Shown here: positions 44,791 through 54,726 of the stretch, one piece after another
How positions within the stretch are numbered: the stretch's first letter is position 1
Layout of the letters: each line of letters begins with the position of its first letter
DNA from: an uncultured Acidobacteriaceae bacterium
GTDB taxonomy: Bacteria > Acidobacteriota > Terriglobia > Terriglobales > Acidobacteriaceae
NCBI GenBank assembly: GCA_963709305.1
Contig: CAVPWO010000003.1
Span: forward strand, 49,760-113,759
Direction of reading: 5' to 3'
Length of the DNA: 64,000 nt
The notes under the pieces: generated by a model
Told to the model about the DNA's origin: nothing
Seen by the model: only the letters and a program-made list of their open reading frames with translations
Databases searched by the model: none
Program-made: the position numbers and the translations under genes

Positions 44791-47700
44791 ATGCAGAAGA
44801 TGGAGGGTTGGAGCCGGTCGTTCGCCGGACTGCTTCGGTCGCTGGACCTTTTACGTGTTTTCCTCAGTCCGATAATCGAGAACCCGTATCCTTTCATCTC
44901 GGCATTGCTGCTCTTTTGTTTCTACTGTTTCTGCGCCCCATCGTCTTCCGCCCAGGTGTCGGGGAGCCTGTCCGGTCTGGTGAGTGACCCATCAGGAGCC
45001 GCAGTATCGGCGGGGTCAGTAACGGCGACGAATCTCGATACTGGAATTGCCCGCACGACTTCGACAGATCAAAGTGGGCGCTATCGATTGTTTGCGCTGC
45101 CGGTTGGGTTCTACGAACTCAGGGTTGCGAAGAACGGATTCGCCGAAGGCATCCGATCTGGCGTCCGACTTGCAGTCGGGCAAGAGGCAACTGTCGATGT
45201 GAGTCTGCGGATAGGACAGGTCAGTCAACAAATTAAGGTGACGGAGGATGCTCCGGTTGTGAACCTGACCACGCAGGATATTTCGGGTGTAGTCGAAGAA
45301 AGACAAGTGAAAGATTTGCCTCTGAACGGGCGCAGCTATGACTTGTTGGTCACTTTGAATCCCGGGGTTGTCAACTTCACGTGGGAAAAGACTGGGGGAA
45401 TTGGCGTCTCGAATTCGACCACCGGAAATAACTTTGCAGTTTCCGGGAATCGTCCCCAACAAAATCTGTTCTTATTGAATGGAGTCGAATTCACGGGAGC
45501 CGCCGAGAATAATATGCAACCCGGGGGCAGCAGCCAGGGGTTGCTGGGCGTGGACGCGGCACGAGAATTCAACGTCCTGCGCGACTCCTATGGCGCGGAG
45601 TACGGCAAGCGGCCCGGCGGGCAGGTCGCGATTGTGACTCAGTCGGGGACCAATCAACTGCACGGCAGTGTCTACGAATTTCTGCGCAATAGCGCACTGG
45701 ATGCTCCCAACTATTTCGATCAGGGCTCGGCACCGCCGTTCCAGAGAAACCAGTTCGGCGGTTCACTGGGAGGGCCCCTTCGAACCAATAAGATGTTTCT
45801 GTTTGGCAACTATGAGGGATTGCGCCAGCATGTGCATCAGACCTCGGTTGCTTTTGTTCCGGACGCGGCTTCGCGTGCAGCCGCGGCGCCCAGCGTTCAG
45901 CCTCTGCTCAACTTATGGCCGGTAGCGCCAGGTGGAGCTCCGGATTTCAATGGGATTGCGCAAGTCTTCAGCAGTCCCTTACAAACGATCCGCGAGGATT
46001 TCGGCACGGTACGACTTGACCACGTTTTTTCCACGCATGATTCCCTGGCGTCGGTGTATACGATCGATGACGGGAACGATTTTACGGCTACTCCGCTTGA
46101 TCCTTACAGCGCCGACATTCTTACACTTCGCGAGCAGGTGTTCAGTCTGGAAGAAACGCACGCGTTTTCGGAAGAGATGGTCAACGTGACGAGAGCCGGA
46201 TTCTCGCGGGCCGGATACTTCTTCACCGGCGAACCTACGCCCGGCACGCCGGCTGCCGGGGTTCCCGGATTCCTGGTTGGACATCCTGTCGGTGCGGTCG
46301 TAGTCGGCGGTAGTGCCGCATCGAACCCGCAGGCGCAGATCGGCCTCGCAGGCAGTAATAACGGAAGCAATCTGCGGATCGCACGGAATTTATTCACCTT
46401 TGAAGACCGTGTCACCATGACGCGCGGGCGGCATCAGCTCACGTTCGGGGCATGGTTCCAGCCGTTCCAGTCGAACGAGACCATTGCCCTGAGCCAATTC
46501 GGTCAGGCCACGTTTACCAGCCTGCAGACATTTCTGCAGGGGACGACCTCAACTTTTTTGTACGATCCCGCTCCGACTGAAATGAACTGGCGTTCGTTAT
46601 TTGGCGCATGGTACGCCGAAGACGTGATTCGAATCGCGCCGAGATTGACGCTGTCGCTTGGTTTCAGGGACGAGTTTACGACCGGGTGGAATGAGGCCCA
46701 CGATCGCGCCGCCAACTACACCTTCACAAACGGCGTGATCTCGACGCAGCCGCACATTGGACACTCGTTGTTCACCACCAACAATGCAAAGTTTTTACCC
46801 CAGCCCCGGATCGGCTTGGCTTGGAGTCCAACCGCCAATAAAACTGTAGTCCGCGCAGGTTTTGGAATGTACAACGACTTGCAGGATGCGTTAGGCTACC
46901 GTACCGATCAAAACGCACCCTACAATCCGACTTACAGTATCAAGTCACTTGCCGTCTCGTCACTCCCTATAGATCCAACTGCTGCCGCACCGACCGGGGC
47001 GCAACTGGTGCCGGGAGGAGTTCAGCCGGATATGAAGACGCCAACCCTGATCTCATGGTCGCTGGGGGTGGAGCAAGAGATTTCGCCCAACACATCGCTC
47101 ACTGTCGGGTATGTTGGAAGTCATGGCTACCATGAACTCATCGGCATCGATGCTAACGAGCCATTTCCCGTAATTTGTCCGGCCTCGCCTTGCCCTGCGG
47201 ATTATCCCGCCACATTTCCCGCCGGACTGGCGAACACTCCGGTTCCTGCGGGCGCTTTCTATGTTCCAACCGCGGTCAGACCAAATCCTCAAATTGCGAA
47301 CACCTGGACATGGTTTTCTCTGGGCACCGCCAACTACAATGCGTTGCAGCTCGATGCGAATCGGCGCTTCAGTCACGGGTTTTCCCTGCGCGGCGTCTAC
47401 ACCTGGTCCAAGGCTCTGGATGACGGCGATTCCCTGAATGCAACGACTGCAGGGAATGCGCCGGGACTGGTTTCGAATCCTTTCAACCTGCGGGCAGACT
47501 ACGGACTCGCTACTTACGACGCAAGGGATATCGCGGTCATCAACGGAATGTACCAACTGCCTTTCGGGCGCGGACAACCTTTGGGAGGAAGTCTTGAGGG
47601 CTGGCACAATGTTTTGGCAGGAGGGTGGTCAGTCAACAGCGTCGTCACGCTTCAATCTGGATTCCCGTTTACGCCGCAGCTCAGCTATAACCCATCGAAC

Positions 47701-48099
47701 AACGGCGATACGCGTAACCCGGTGCGGCCTTTTGCGAACCCCAATTTCACCGGTCCCATAATTCTGGGTAAGCCCAGTCAGTGGTTCAATCCCAATGCCT
47801 TTCTCGCTCCCGCCAACACGGCGGGCAATTCCGGCTTTTACGGAAATTTGGGACGAGACACACTGATCGGCCCGGGCCTGGCGGCGTGGGACTTCTCTGT
47901 GCTAAAGGAAACCACTTTGCACGAACGACTTGGCCTTCAATTTCGCGCAGAGATTTTCAACCTGCTCAACCGGGCCAACTTCAATACACCGAATTTGATT
48001 GCGTTTACGCCTTCGGGAGTCTCAGGTACCGCTGGAGCAATCACCAGCACTTCCACAGCATCACGGCAAATTCAGTTTGGATTGAAACTGATTTGGTAG
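44791..48099 (+). CDS. TonB-dependent receptor with N-terminal carboxypeptidase-regulatory-like domain
   Basis: ATG lies 6 nt after GGAGAG. Signal peptide ends ...APSSSAQ. A CarboxypepD_reg-like domain (GRYRLFALPVGFYELRV), plug and barrel follow, with a C-terminal aromatic residue (...GLKLIW). Confidence 0.85.
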   Translation: MQKMEGWSRSFAGLLRSLDLLRVFLSPIIENPYPFISALLLFCFYCFCAPSSSAQVSGSLSGLVSDPSGAAVSAGSVTATNLDTGIARTTSTDQSGRYRLFALPVGFYELRVAKNGFAEGIRSGVRLAVGQEATVDVSLRIGQVSQQIKVTEDAPVVNLTTQDISGVVEERQVKDLPLNGRSYDLLVTLNPGVVNFTWEKTGGIGVSNSTTGNNFAVSGNRPQQNLFLLNGVEFTGAAENNMQPGGSSQGLLGVDAAREFNVLRDSYGAEYGKRPGGQVAIVTQSGTNQLHGSVYEFLRNSALDAPNYFDQGSAPPFQRNQFGGSLGGPLRTNKMFLFGNYEGLRQHVHQTSVAFVPDAASRAAAAPSVQPLLNLWPVAPGGAPDFNGIAQVFSSPLQTIREDFGTVRLDHVFSTHDSLASVYTIDDGNDFTATPLDPYSADILTLREQVFSLEETHAFSEEMVNVTRAGFSRAGYFFTGEPTPGTPAAGVPGFLVGHPVGAVVVGGSAASNPQAQIGLAGSNNGSNLRIARNLFTFEDRVTMTRGRHQLTFGAWFQPFQSNETIALSQFGQATFTSLQTFLQGTTSTFLYDPAPTEMNWRSLFGAWYAEDVIRIAPRLTLSLGFRDEFTTGWNEAHDRAANYTFTNGVISTQPHIGHSLFTTNNAKFLPQPRIGLAWSPTANKTVVRAGFGMYNDLQDALGYRTDQNAPYNPTYSIKSLAVSSLPIDPTAAAPTGAQLVPGGVQPDMKTPTLISWSLGVEQEISPNTSLTVGYVGSHGYHELIGIDANEPFPVICPASPCPADYPATFPAGLANTPVPAGAFYVPTAVRPNPQIANTWTWFSLGTANYNALQLDANRRFSHGFSLRGVYTWSKALDDGDSLNATTAGNAPGLVSNPFNLRADYGLATYDARDIAVINGMYQLPFGRGQPLGGSLEGWHNVLAGGWSVNSVVTLQSGFPFTPQLSYNPSNNGDTRNPVRPFANPNFTGPIILGKPSQWFNPNAFLAPANTAGNSGFYGNLGRDTLIGPGLAAWDFSVLKETTLHERLGLQFRAEIFNLLNRANFNTPNLIAFTPSGVSGTAGAITSTSTASRQIQFGLKLIW

Positions 48100-48207
48100 A
48101 GCAGCGCCCGCTCTCTCAGCCATACCTTGTGCCGCCGGATTGTCTTTAAGCATGCGCAGATTGTTCCGGCATCAATCCTAACGCGGTAGAATCGGTGCGA
48201 GAACGCT

Positions 48208-49116
48208 ATGCGCATCTCGAGCCGCCGCGGAACCATCGCTTTCTTTCTCTGCCTGGGCGTGGGCCTGGTGGCGCTGGCTGTTGCCCTGAACGTGGGCTGG
48301 ATCATTCTCAACTGGCGCGAGGGCGTGCTGCTGTTTTTCGGGATCATCTTCTTTGCGCTGATCATTGCGGGGATGGTGGTCAACACGATTTTTCTGGTGC
48401 GCGAGTTGCGGCGCAGCGAGCAGCATGACAGCTTTATCAACGCCGTTACCCATGAATTAAAAACCCCGGTGGCGTCGATCCGGCTGCATCTGGAGACTTT
48501 GCAGCGCCGCGAAGTGGCGGAGCCGCAGAAGCAGGAATTTTACCGGCTGATGCTGCGCGACACCGACCGGCTCACGGAAACGGTGGAGCAGGTGCTACGG
48601 GCGGGGCGGGCGGGCGACAAGAAAACGGGCCGCGAAAAAGCGGAAGTGGATTTCGGACAATTGGTGCGTGACTGCATGGACGCCACCCGATCGCGGCATC
48701 ATCTGCAATCCGAAGCCCTGCGTTATGAGGAAGCCGCGAGCAACGGGAGCGGAATCCGGGTACGCGGCAGCGCGGAAGATTTGCGCACCGCGGTTTTTAA
48801 TGTGCTCGACAATGCCGTGAAATATTCCGGCGATCGTGTAAATGTGCGAGTTCGCCTGGAAGCCACGGACGAGGAACGGATCGTGCTCCGCGTGCAGGAT
48901 CAGGGCGTGGGAATTCCTGCCGACGATGTGAAGCGCATTTTCAAACGCTTTTATCGGGTTACGCATCGCTCGCTGGCGCACGTCAAGGGGACCGGGCTGG
49001 GCCTGTTTATTGTGAAGGCGATCGTGCTCAAGCATGGAGGAAAAGTGTTTGCCGAGAGCGATGGCGAAGGGCACGGCGCCACGATTGTGTTGGAACTGCC
49101 GAGGTGGACGGAATGA
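48208..49116 (+). CDS. sensor histidine kinase
   Basis: Two N-terminal TM segments, an H-box (SFINAVTHELKTP), and N and G boxes (NAVKYS, GTGLGL). Confidence 0.85.
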   Translation: MRISSRRGTIAFFLCLGVGLVALAVALNVGWIILNWREGVLLFFGIIFFALIIAGMVVNTIFLVRELRRSEQHDSFINAVTHELKTPVASIRLHLETLQRREVAEPQKQEFYRLMLRDTDRLTETVEQVLRAGRAGDKKTGREKAEVDFGQLVRDCMDATRSRHHLQSEALRYEEAASNGSGIRVRGSAEDLRTAVFNVLDNAVKYSGDRVNVRVRLEATDEERIVLRVQDQGVGIPADDVKRIFKRFYRVTHRSLAHVKGTGLGLFIVKAIVLKHGGKVFAESDGEGHGATIVLELPRWTE

Positions 49117-49862
49117 CCCGGGTTCTAGTGGTGGAGGATGAAGCTCATCTAGCGCAGGGATTGCAGTTCAACCTGGAGGCTGAGGGGTACGCGGCGGAAG
49201 TAGTCGGGGATGGTGAGGCTGCGACGGATCGACTACTGGAGAAGAAAGAGAATTTTGATGCCGTGGTGCTCGATATCATGCTGCCGGGAAAAGACGGGTT
49301 CAGCGTGGTGTCGGAGTTGCGTGCCGCGCGGAATTATGTTCCGGTTCTGATGCTGACGGCGCGCGGGCGTCCGGAGGATGTGCTAAAGGGATTTGCTTCC
49401 GGGGCCGACGACTATCTGGCGAAGCCGTTTGATCTCTCGATTTTGTTGGCGCGATTGCAAGGATTGCTGCGGCGCAGCCAGTGGGTGCGCGGCGGTCCGG
49501 CTGCTGCGACGGAAAGGCCGGCGGACCCGGCAGACGGCGAAGACTTCGGAACATTTTCATTTAACGGGAAGACGATCGACTTTGGTACGCTCGAACTGCG
49601 ATCCGGGGAGAGTACGATTCATTTGACGTTGATGGAGTCGGATCTCTTGCGACATCTGGTACGCAACGATGGACGGATTGTATCGCGCAAGCAGATTTTG
49701 GAAGAAGTGTGGGGACTGCACGAAGATACCGACACTCGGGCCATCGACAATTTCGTGGTGCGGCTGCGGCGATATATCGAAGATGATCCAGCGAATCCGC
49801 GGCACTTGCTGACCGTACGGGGAGTGGGATACCGCTTTTTAGCGCGGCCGGAAAAAGGATAG
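49113..49862 (+). CDS. OmpR/PhoB-family response regulator
   Basis: MTRVLVVEDE... is the receiver domain, with a winged-helix C-terminus (LLTVRGVGYRF). Its ATG overlaps the kinase stop (ATGA). Confidence 0.9.
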   Translation: MTRVLVVEDEAHLAQGLQFNLEAEGYAAEVVGDGEAATDRLLEKKENFDAVVLDIMLPGKDGFSVVSELRAARNYVPVLMLTARGRPEDVLKGFASGADDYLAKPFDLSILLARLQGLLRRSQWVRGGPAAATERPADPADGEDFGTFSFNGKTIDFGTLELRSGESTIHLTLMESDLLRHLVRNDGRIVSRKQILEEVWGLHEDTDTRAIDNFVVRLRRYIEDDPANPRHLLTVRGVGYRFLARPEKG

Positions 49863-49912
49863 CGGGTAGTGACGAATGCCGGCAACTCCCCGGCAACTCT
49901 GCGATTGGAATA

Positions 49913-51562
49913 TCAGGCGCGGCAAAGTTCTGCCACAAGCGTCTCCCGGCGCTCGATTGCAATATCATCGAGGCGGCGCAGGACAAGCACATACACAGGG
50001 ATTGAGATCGCTGCCAGCACGAGAAAAATCGGCGTAGCAATCCACAGATTCTTGTACAGGCGCGCGATCATGAAGACGGCCAGCCCCACCCCTGCGGTAA
50101 TAATCTGCACGCCGAAGCTCGCGATCACGGTGGTCTGTGAGGCGTTCTGCCGGCCGAGGGCCGAAAAATCCCTCTTCTTGGGGGTATAGATCGACAGCAG
50201 GTTGCCGGCGGCGAAGTTCAAAGGAGCGGCGAATAGGAGTCCGGCCAGAGTCGCAACCGTAACAGCCACATGTGGAGGGCCATAAAGATAGGAGACGGCG
50301 ATCCACGCGAACGCGGTGTTCGCGATGAGAATGCTGGCATGAGTCAAGTTTTTTGCCAACACGATTCGGCGGAAGCTGACTGGCGACGCGTAGAAAAATT
50401 GGATGCCTCCGCCGTCGCCGCCGAAACTGTTGAACACCAGGTTAGTGAGAACGAGGATCGCGTAGGCGGCCGCGCCCGGGAACGCCATGTCGGGGGTGCG
50501 GCTGAAGGAACTGGAGTGGCGGAGGGCATTCATTGCCCCGAAGCGAAAGATCAGCAGCATGAAGATCGGCATGATCAGCGTAAGCAGCATGGGGCCGCTC
50601 CGCGCCAGGTAACGCATTTCTTTCTCGAACACGGCTGCGACCGATTGTGAAAAACCTGGCAGGTTCCATCCCACTTGCAGGCCCTGAGCGCGCGGGACAG
50701 CGGGACGCGCCGCCGCTTCGCTGAGATTCTCACCGCGAAATTGTGCGCGCAGCCTAAGGTGTAACAGAACGGCGATGACGGTAGTAATTAGTGCCAGAAT
50801 AAACAGGGAAGCCCAACCGAGCAGAAACTGCGCGTGTGCAGGCTGTGCAATGGCGTTCGCCGCAAGGCCGGGCGGCAATACGGCCTGGGCTTGTCTTCCG
50901 ATCTCGACTGCCCGGCTGAATCCGGGACGCGGTGTTCTCCCGAACCGTCCCATCATCGGGCCGATCAGTTGAAAGCTGAACATGGCCAGAATGAAGAGAA
51001 CGCCCATGATTTCGCGGGTGCGGCGCTGTGCGAGCCAGCGCTCCAGCCAGGCGAAGACAGTCTGCATCAGGACGAGGTTGAAGAAGGCGAACGTCAGGAG
51101 GACGATCAGCGCCCAGGGAAATAGGAGAGGGCGCGCGACGGTAACGCCCAGCAAAATTCCAAGCAAGGCAACGGTCCCGATCGCACTGGCGGGATCGAAC
51201 AATCCATAGGCGAGGCGGACTAGAAAATAGGAACGGTAAGTAAGCGGGAACCGCAGCAGTTCGCCAGAGTCGGGATTGCTGGCGAAGGCGGTTGACATCA
51301 CGGGAAAGAACTGCCAGAACAAAAATATCGGCCACAACAGGATTGCCAGATATCCGGCGTTGTTTTGCGAGACGAAGTACCAGGAAAAGACTGTTGCGGC
51401 GACGAATGCGCCGATTCCGCCGACGATGAAGACGAAAGCGATCAAAACGCGCGAGGCCAGTTCCATTTTTCCGCGCTTGCTGCGCAGGCCATTGAGGAAC
51501 ATGCGGAAGCGCAAGTCGGCGATGGCTATGAGCTGGCTGCGGCGATGGATGGAAGAAGCCAT
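49913..51562 (-). CDS. multi-TM ABC exporter permease-like protein
   Basis: 549-aa ORF with about 12 TM segments, directly downstream of an ABC ATPase gene. Confidence 0.7.
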   Translation of the reverse strand: MASSIHRRSQLIAIADLRFRMFLNGLRSKRGKMELASRVLIAFVFIVGGIGAFVAATVFSWYFVSQNNAGYLAILLWPIFLFWQFFPVMSTAFASNPDSGELLRFPLTYRSYFLVRLAYGLFDPASAIGTVALLGILLGVTVARPLLFPWALIVLLTFAFFNLVLMQTVFAWLERWLAQRRTREIMGVLFILAMFSFQLIGPMMGRFGRTPRPGFSRAVEIGRQAQAVLPPGLAANAIAQPAHAQFLLGWASLFILALITTVIAVLLHLRLRAQFRGENLSEAAARPAVPRAQGLQVGWNLPGFSQSVAAVFEKEMRYLARSGPMLLTLIMPIFMLLIFRFGAMNALRHSSSFSRTPDMAFPGAAAYAILVLTNLVFNSFGGDGGGIQFFYASPVSFRRIVLAKNLTHASILIANTAFAWIAVSYLYGPPHVAVTVATLAGLLFAAPLNFAAGNLLSIYTPKKRDFSALGRQNASQTTVIASFGVQIITAGVGLAVFMIARLYKNLWIATPIFLVLAAISIPVYVLVLRRLDDIAIERRETLVAELCRA

Positions 51563-51598
51563 TCGGTTCTATCTCCCCTTGTCCCTCAAGATTCGGCT

Positions 51599-52417
51599 CT
51601 AACCTAGCCATGAGAGCTCAAGCTCCGAGCGCTGGGTTCCGCCGACAATGCGGAGGAAGATTTCTTCCAGCGTCAGCTTCTCACCGGAGGGGGCTGCGCC
51701 ATCGTCTGAGCCGGCGGGCGTCTGGGCTTCTACGCCTGCGCGCAATTCTTCGAGCGAACCTTGGGCGACGAGCTTTCCTTGATGAATGATGGCGACGTGG
51801 CTACACAAACGCTCCACAATCTCGAGAACGTGCGAGGTGAGGAAAATCGTGGCACCGCGTGCGATCATGCCTTGCAGCATGGATTTCAGAGTACCGGCGG
51901 CGATCGCATCCACCCCTTCGAAGGGTTCGTCGAGAAACAGAACCTTGGGGCCATGAATCACGGCGGCAGCGAGAGCCAACTTCTTTTGCATCCCGTGAGA
52001 ATAGTCAGTAACCAGTTTTTTAGGCTGGTCGGCGAGTTGCATGAATTCGAGCAGTTCGGCTGCGCGCTTGGCGGCTGTCATGCGATCGAGACCATACATG
52101 CGTCCCGCGAAGCTGAGGAACTCCGCGCCGGTCAGGCGTCCGAACAGCGCCATACCTTCGGGCACGACCCCGATCTGGCGTTTGACCTCGACCGGGTCCG
52201 CATTGAGATCGATGCCTAGAATCTCAATACGTCCGGAACTGGGCGCGAGCAGGCCGGTCAGCATTTTGATGGTGGTGGATTTTCCCGCGCCATTGGGGCC
52301 GAGGAAGCCGAAGAATTGTCCCGGTGCGACGCGCAGGTCGATCCCGTCCACGGCAACGAGTTCTCCGAATCTGCGGGTGAGGGCCTGCGTGGAGATGGTG
52401 GGTGAGAGGTCCATCAA
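51599..52417 (-). CDS. ABC transporter ATP-binding protein
   Basis: Walker A (GPNGAGKST), signature motif (YSHGMQKKL) and Walker B (LFLDEPFEGVD). Confidence 0.9.
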   Translation of the reverse strand: MMDLSPTISTQALTRRFGELVAVDGIDLRVAPGQFFGFLGPNGAGKSTTIKMLTGLLAPSSGRIEILGIDLNADPVEVKRQIGVVPEGMALFGRLTGAEFLSFAGRMYGLDRMTAAKRAAELLEFMQLADQPKKLVTDYSHGMQKKLALAAAVIHGPKVLFLDEPFEGVDAIAAGTLKSMLQGMIARGATIFLTSHVLEIVERLCSHVAIIHQGKLVAQGSLEELRAGVEAQTPAGSDDGAAPSGEKLTLEEIFLRIVGGTQRSELELSWLG

Positions 52418-52503
52418 TTTTCTGAATCTAGCATAAACACGGGAAGGTGTGCGTTGGCCGAGGCCCAGTCGGCACGGTTCGGCAGAGGAAGGATGCGGAG
52501 CCC

Positions 52504-52560
52504 CTCTGCGCGCGAGATCCTTCCCCGCGCCTGAAATGCGGCTCCGTTCGGATGACCCCC
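52504..52560 (+). repeat. dispersed REP-like element, copy B
   Basis: See 19198-19255. Same orientation and the same position relative to a minus-strand gene stop. Confidence 0.75.
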
Positions 52561-52603
52561 TTAAGAAGGTTGCTGGCTCTTAGCCGATTCGGCCGGCCTC
52601 GTC

Positions 52604-53947
52604 TTACCTAAATCGGGTGGTACGCCAGAGAGCCGTGCCGCAGGTTGCCAGCAGGGCGAGCATCGCAATTGCAAGCGCAGCGGCCCAGCCTGCAGCGAGG
52701 TCCACGTGAGGAAACTTCGCGAGGACGGCAAGCACTATAAATAGAGCGGTTGTGACGAGAATGAGCAGCCAATCTAGCATTGTTCTGTGACTCGGACTGC
52801 CCGAGGCCTCGCCGTGAAGTGTTTCGGCCTTCATTTCCCGGCCCTCCAAGCCGGCGCGAAGGTATTCCTCATCGACGCCGTAGCGCGCGCCTTCACGGTC
52901 GGCGGCGCCCTGCCAGGAGGAATGCTCGCGCTCGGTCGCCGACGACAAAGCTATCGCCACCGCTCCCAGGGCCATGGCCAGCGATCCTCCGGCGACTTGC
53001 GCGTAGACGGACTGGGTTGCCCCGCGCAGTTCATGAAAAACGAGGATGCCCCACAGCAGTCCCCAGAGCTGATTGGTGTTGGAGAGAGGAATGCCGCGGC
53101 TGATGCCGACGTACTTCGTGGCGTATTGCTGGAATAAATCTCCGATGACCCAGACGAAGCCGCCCAGCATCAGCCAGAACAAAACCGACTTAGCGCCAAT
53201 GAGCTCGTGCCACAACGGCGTCGCGCCGCGATAGGTGACCGCGAGCGCCGTCATGGTGGCAAGTTCTCCGACCGTGAAAAATGTAATGAAGGAGAGCGGA
53301 TTCATGCCGGTGAGATAGGCTTTGCGGTAAGGAATGTACATCGTTCCCCACAGAATGCCGGCGCCCAGTGCGGCGTAGATGCCGAGCGCGGCTTTTCCCG
53401 GCGCGGCCTGATGGGAAGATGCAATCGCCAGCAGCGTGGCTCCAGCGAACATGCAGACGGCGCCGCCCAAGACGCCGAGCCAGCGTTTCCATCCCGCGTA
53501 GTGCAGTTCCTTGAAAAGTAGGAAGCCCCAGAAGATGCCGAGCAGGCTGTTGGTGTTCCACAGGGGAAACGCGATGCTGAGGCCGACGTTGCGGATGGCG
53601 TAAATGGTGAGGGTGTTGGCGACGGCCCACATGCATCCGGCGAGCACGGCCCATACGATCAGGTGCGGGGCCTGGCGCACGTCGTTGCGAACATGCGAGG
53701 TGCCGCGGATGAAAGCCGGAACGCTCCAGCGGGCCAGGAAAACTCCGAATACCATGATGAGCGAGACAGTGATCGGAGAAATATCTGGGTTGACGAGCTT
53801 GATGGGAGCTTCGGCACCGCCCAGCCAGGCTCCCGCAGCGAAGCCGCAGAAGATGCCGAGAGCTTGCAGCGAACGCAGGCGAGTGGCGTGCGAGGAAGTT
53901 GGAATGGGGGGCGCGGCAGCCTGCACGCTTGCCGGAGATGAGTTCAA
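52604..53947 (-). CDS. GRP-family (glucose/ribose porter-like) sugar transporter with C-terminal extension
   Basis: Duplicated 5-TM halves, each ending in a NTN-containing motif (FPLWNTNSLLGIFWGFLLFKEL and IPLSNTNQLWGLLWGILVFHEL). TTG start. Confidence 0.7.
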   Translation of the reverse strand: MNSSPASVQAAAPPIPTSSHATRLRSLQALGIFCGFAAGAWLGGAEAPIKLVNPDISPITVSLIMVFGVFLARWSVPAFIRGTSHVRNDVRQAPHLIVWAVLAGCMWAVANTLTIYAIRNVGLSIAFPLWNTNSLLGIFWGFLLFKELHYAGWKRWLGVLGGAVCMFAGATLLAIASSHQAAPGKAALGIYAALGAGILWGTMYIPYRKAYLTGMNPLSFITFFTVGELATMTALAVTYRGATPLWHELIGAKSVLFWLMLGGFVWVIGDLFQQYATKYVGISRGIPLSNTNQLWGLLWGILVFHELRGATQSVYAQVAGGSLAMALGAVAIALSSATEREHSSWQGAADREGARYGVDEEYLRAGLEGREMKAETLHGEASGSPSHRTMLDWLLILVTTALFIVLAVLAKFPHVDLAAGWAAALAIAMLALLATCGTALWRTTRFR

Positions 53948-54069
53948 CGGAGCTTATCCAGGAGCAGGAGACCGCCGACGAGAACGATCATCGGAATCCA
54001 GAAATGGAGATCGGTGGCGATGGCGCGAAACAGATTCAGTGGAGCGGAGGATTCGCTTGGGATCGACAT
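53944..54069 (-). CDS. possible 41-aa single-TM peptide translationally coupled to the transporter
   Basis: MSIPSESSAPLNLFRAIATDLHFWIPMIVLVGGLLLLDKLR. A GAGGTG RBS lies 5 nt upstream. Its TGA overlaps the transporter TTG start (TTGA). Confidence 0.4.
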   Translation of the reverse strand: MSIPSESSAPLNLFRAIATDLHFWIPMIVLVGGLLLLDKLR

Positions 54070-54726
54070 CGACACCTCAGAACGATTTTCTTAACGATAC
54101 TTAAACCTAGCGTGTCATCTTAGGGACACGCCAGGCGGGAGTCAACGCTTCACTCCAGACGAGGGGTACGGCGACACACGCCACCCCGCGCTCAGCCGTC
54201 GATCTCGTTTCGGCATTCATTCGAAGAGCTAGGCGGTGCATTCCGACCACCAGTAAGTCGGATGAGAACTATCTTTCTTTTCCGATAAATAGATTAAAGC
54301 TCGGATCCGCAACTTTGCATCTTTCAAAGTAGTGATATCCTTCCCTGGAAGCCACTTGAAACTCCCTGAAAACTTACTAAACGAATAAGCTAGTACTCCG
54401 TTTCTTACACAGTTAGTACGTACAGGAAGGGTACTAATACGGAACACTTTACTTATAAAAACGGGACAATCCTAGATTCATTTCTTACACTGTAAGCATG
54501 CTAGCCGCTAGCAGAAGTTCCAACGCTCGATGATTACTTGTCTCCTACGCATGAGACCCGGAGTACTGAGATGGTTTCCTGTGACGTTGAAGGCGAAACG
54601 ATCGTCGTACCCATTCGCCGAGGATATTAGGTGTCTCGATTCAGTTTACGGTTCAAATCGAAAATTCTGGGCTAGATACGGAGCGTAGTGATAACGAACG
54701 GTTTTGGAACTCCGCGGAGGTGGAAT

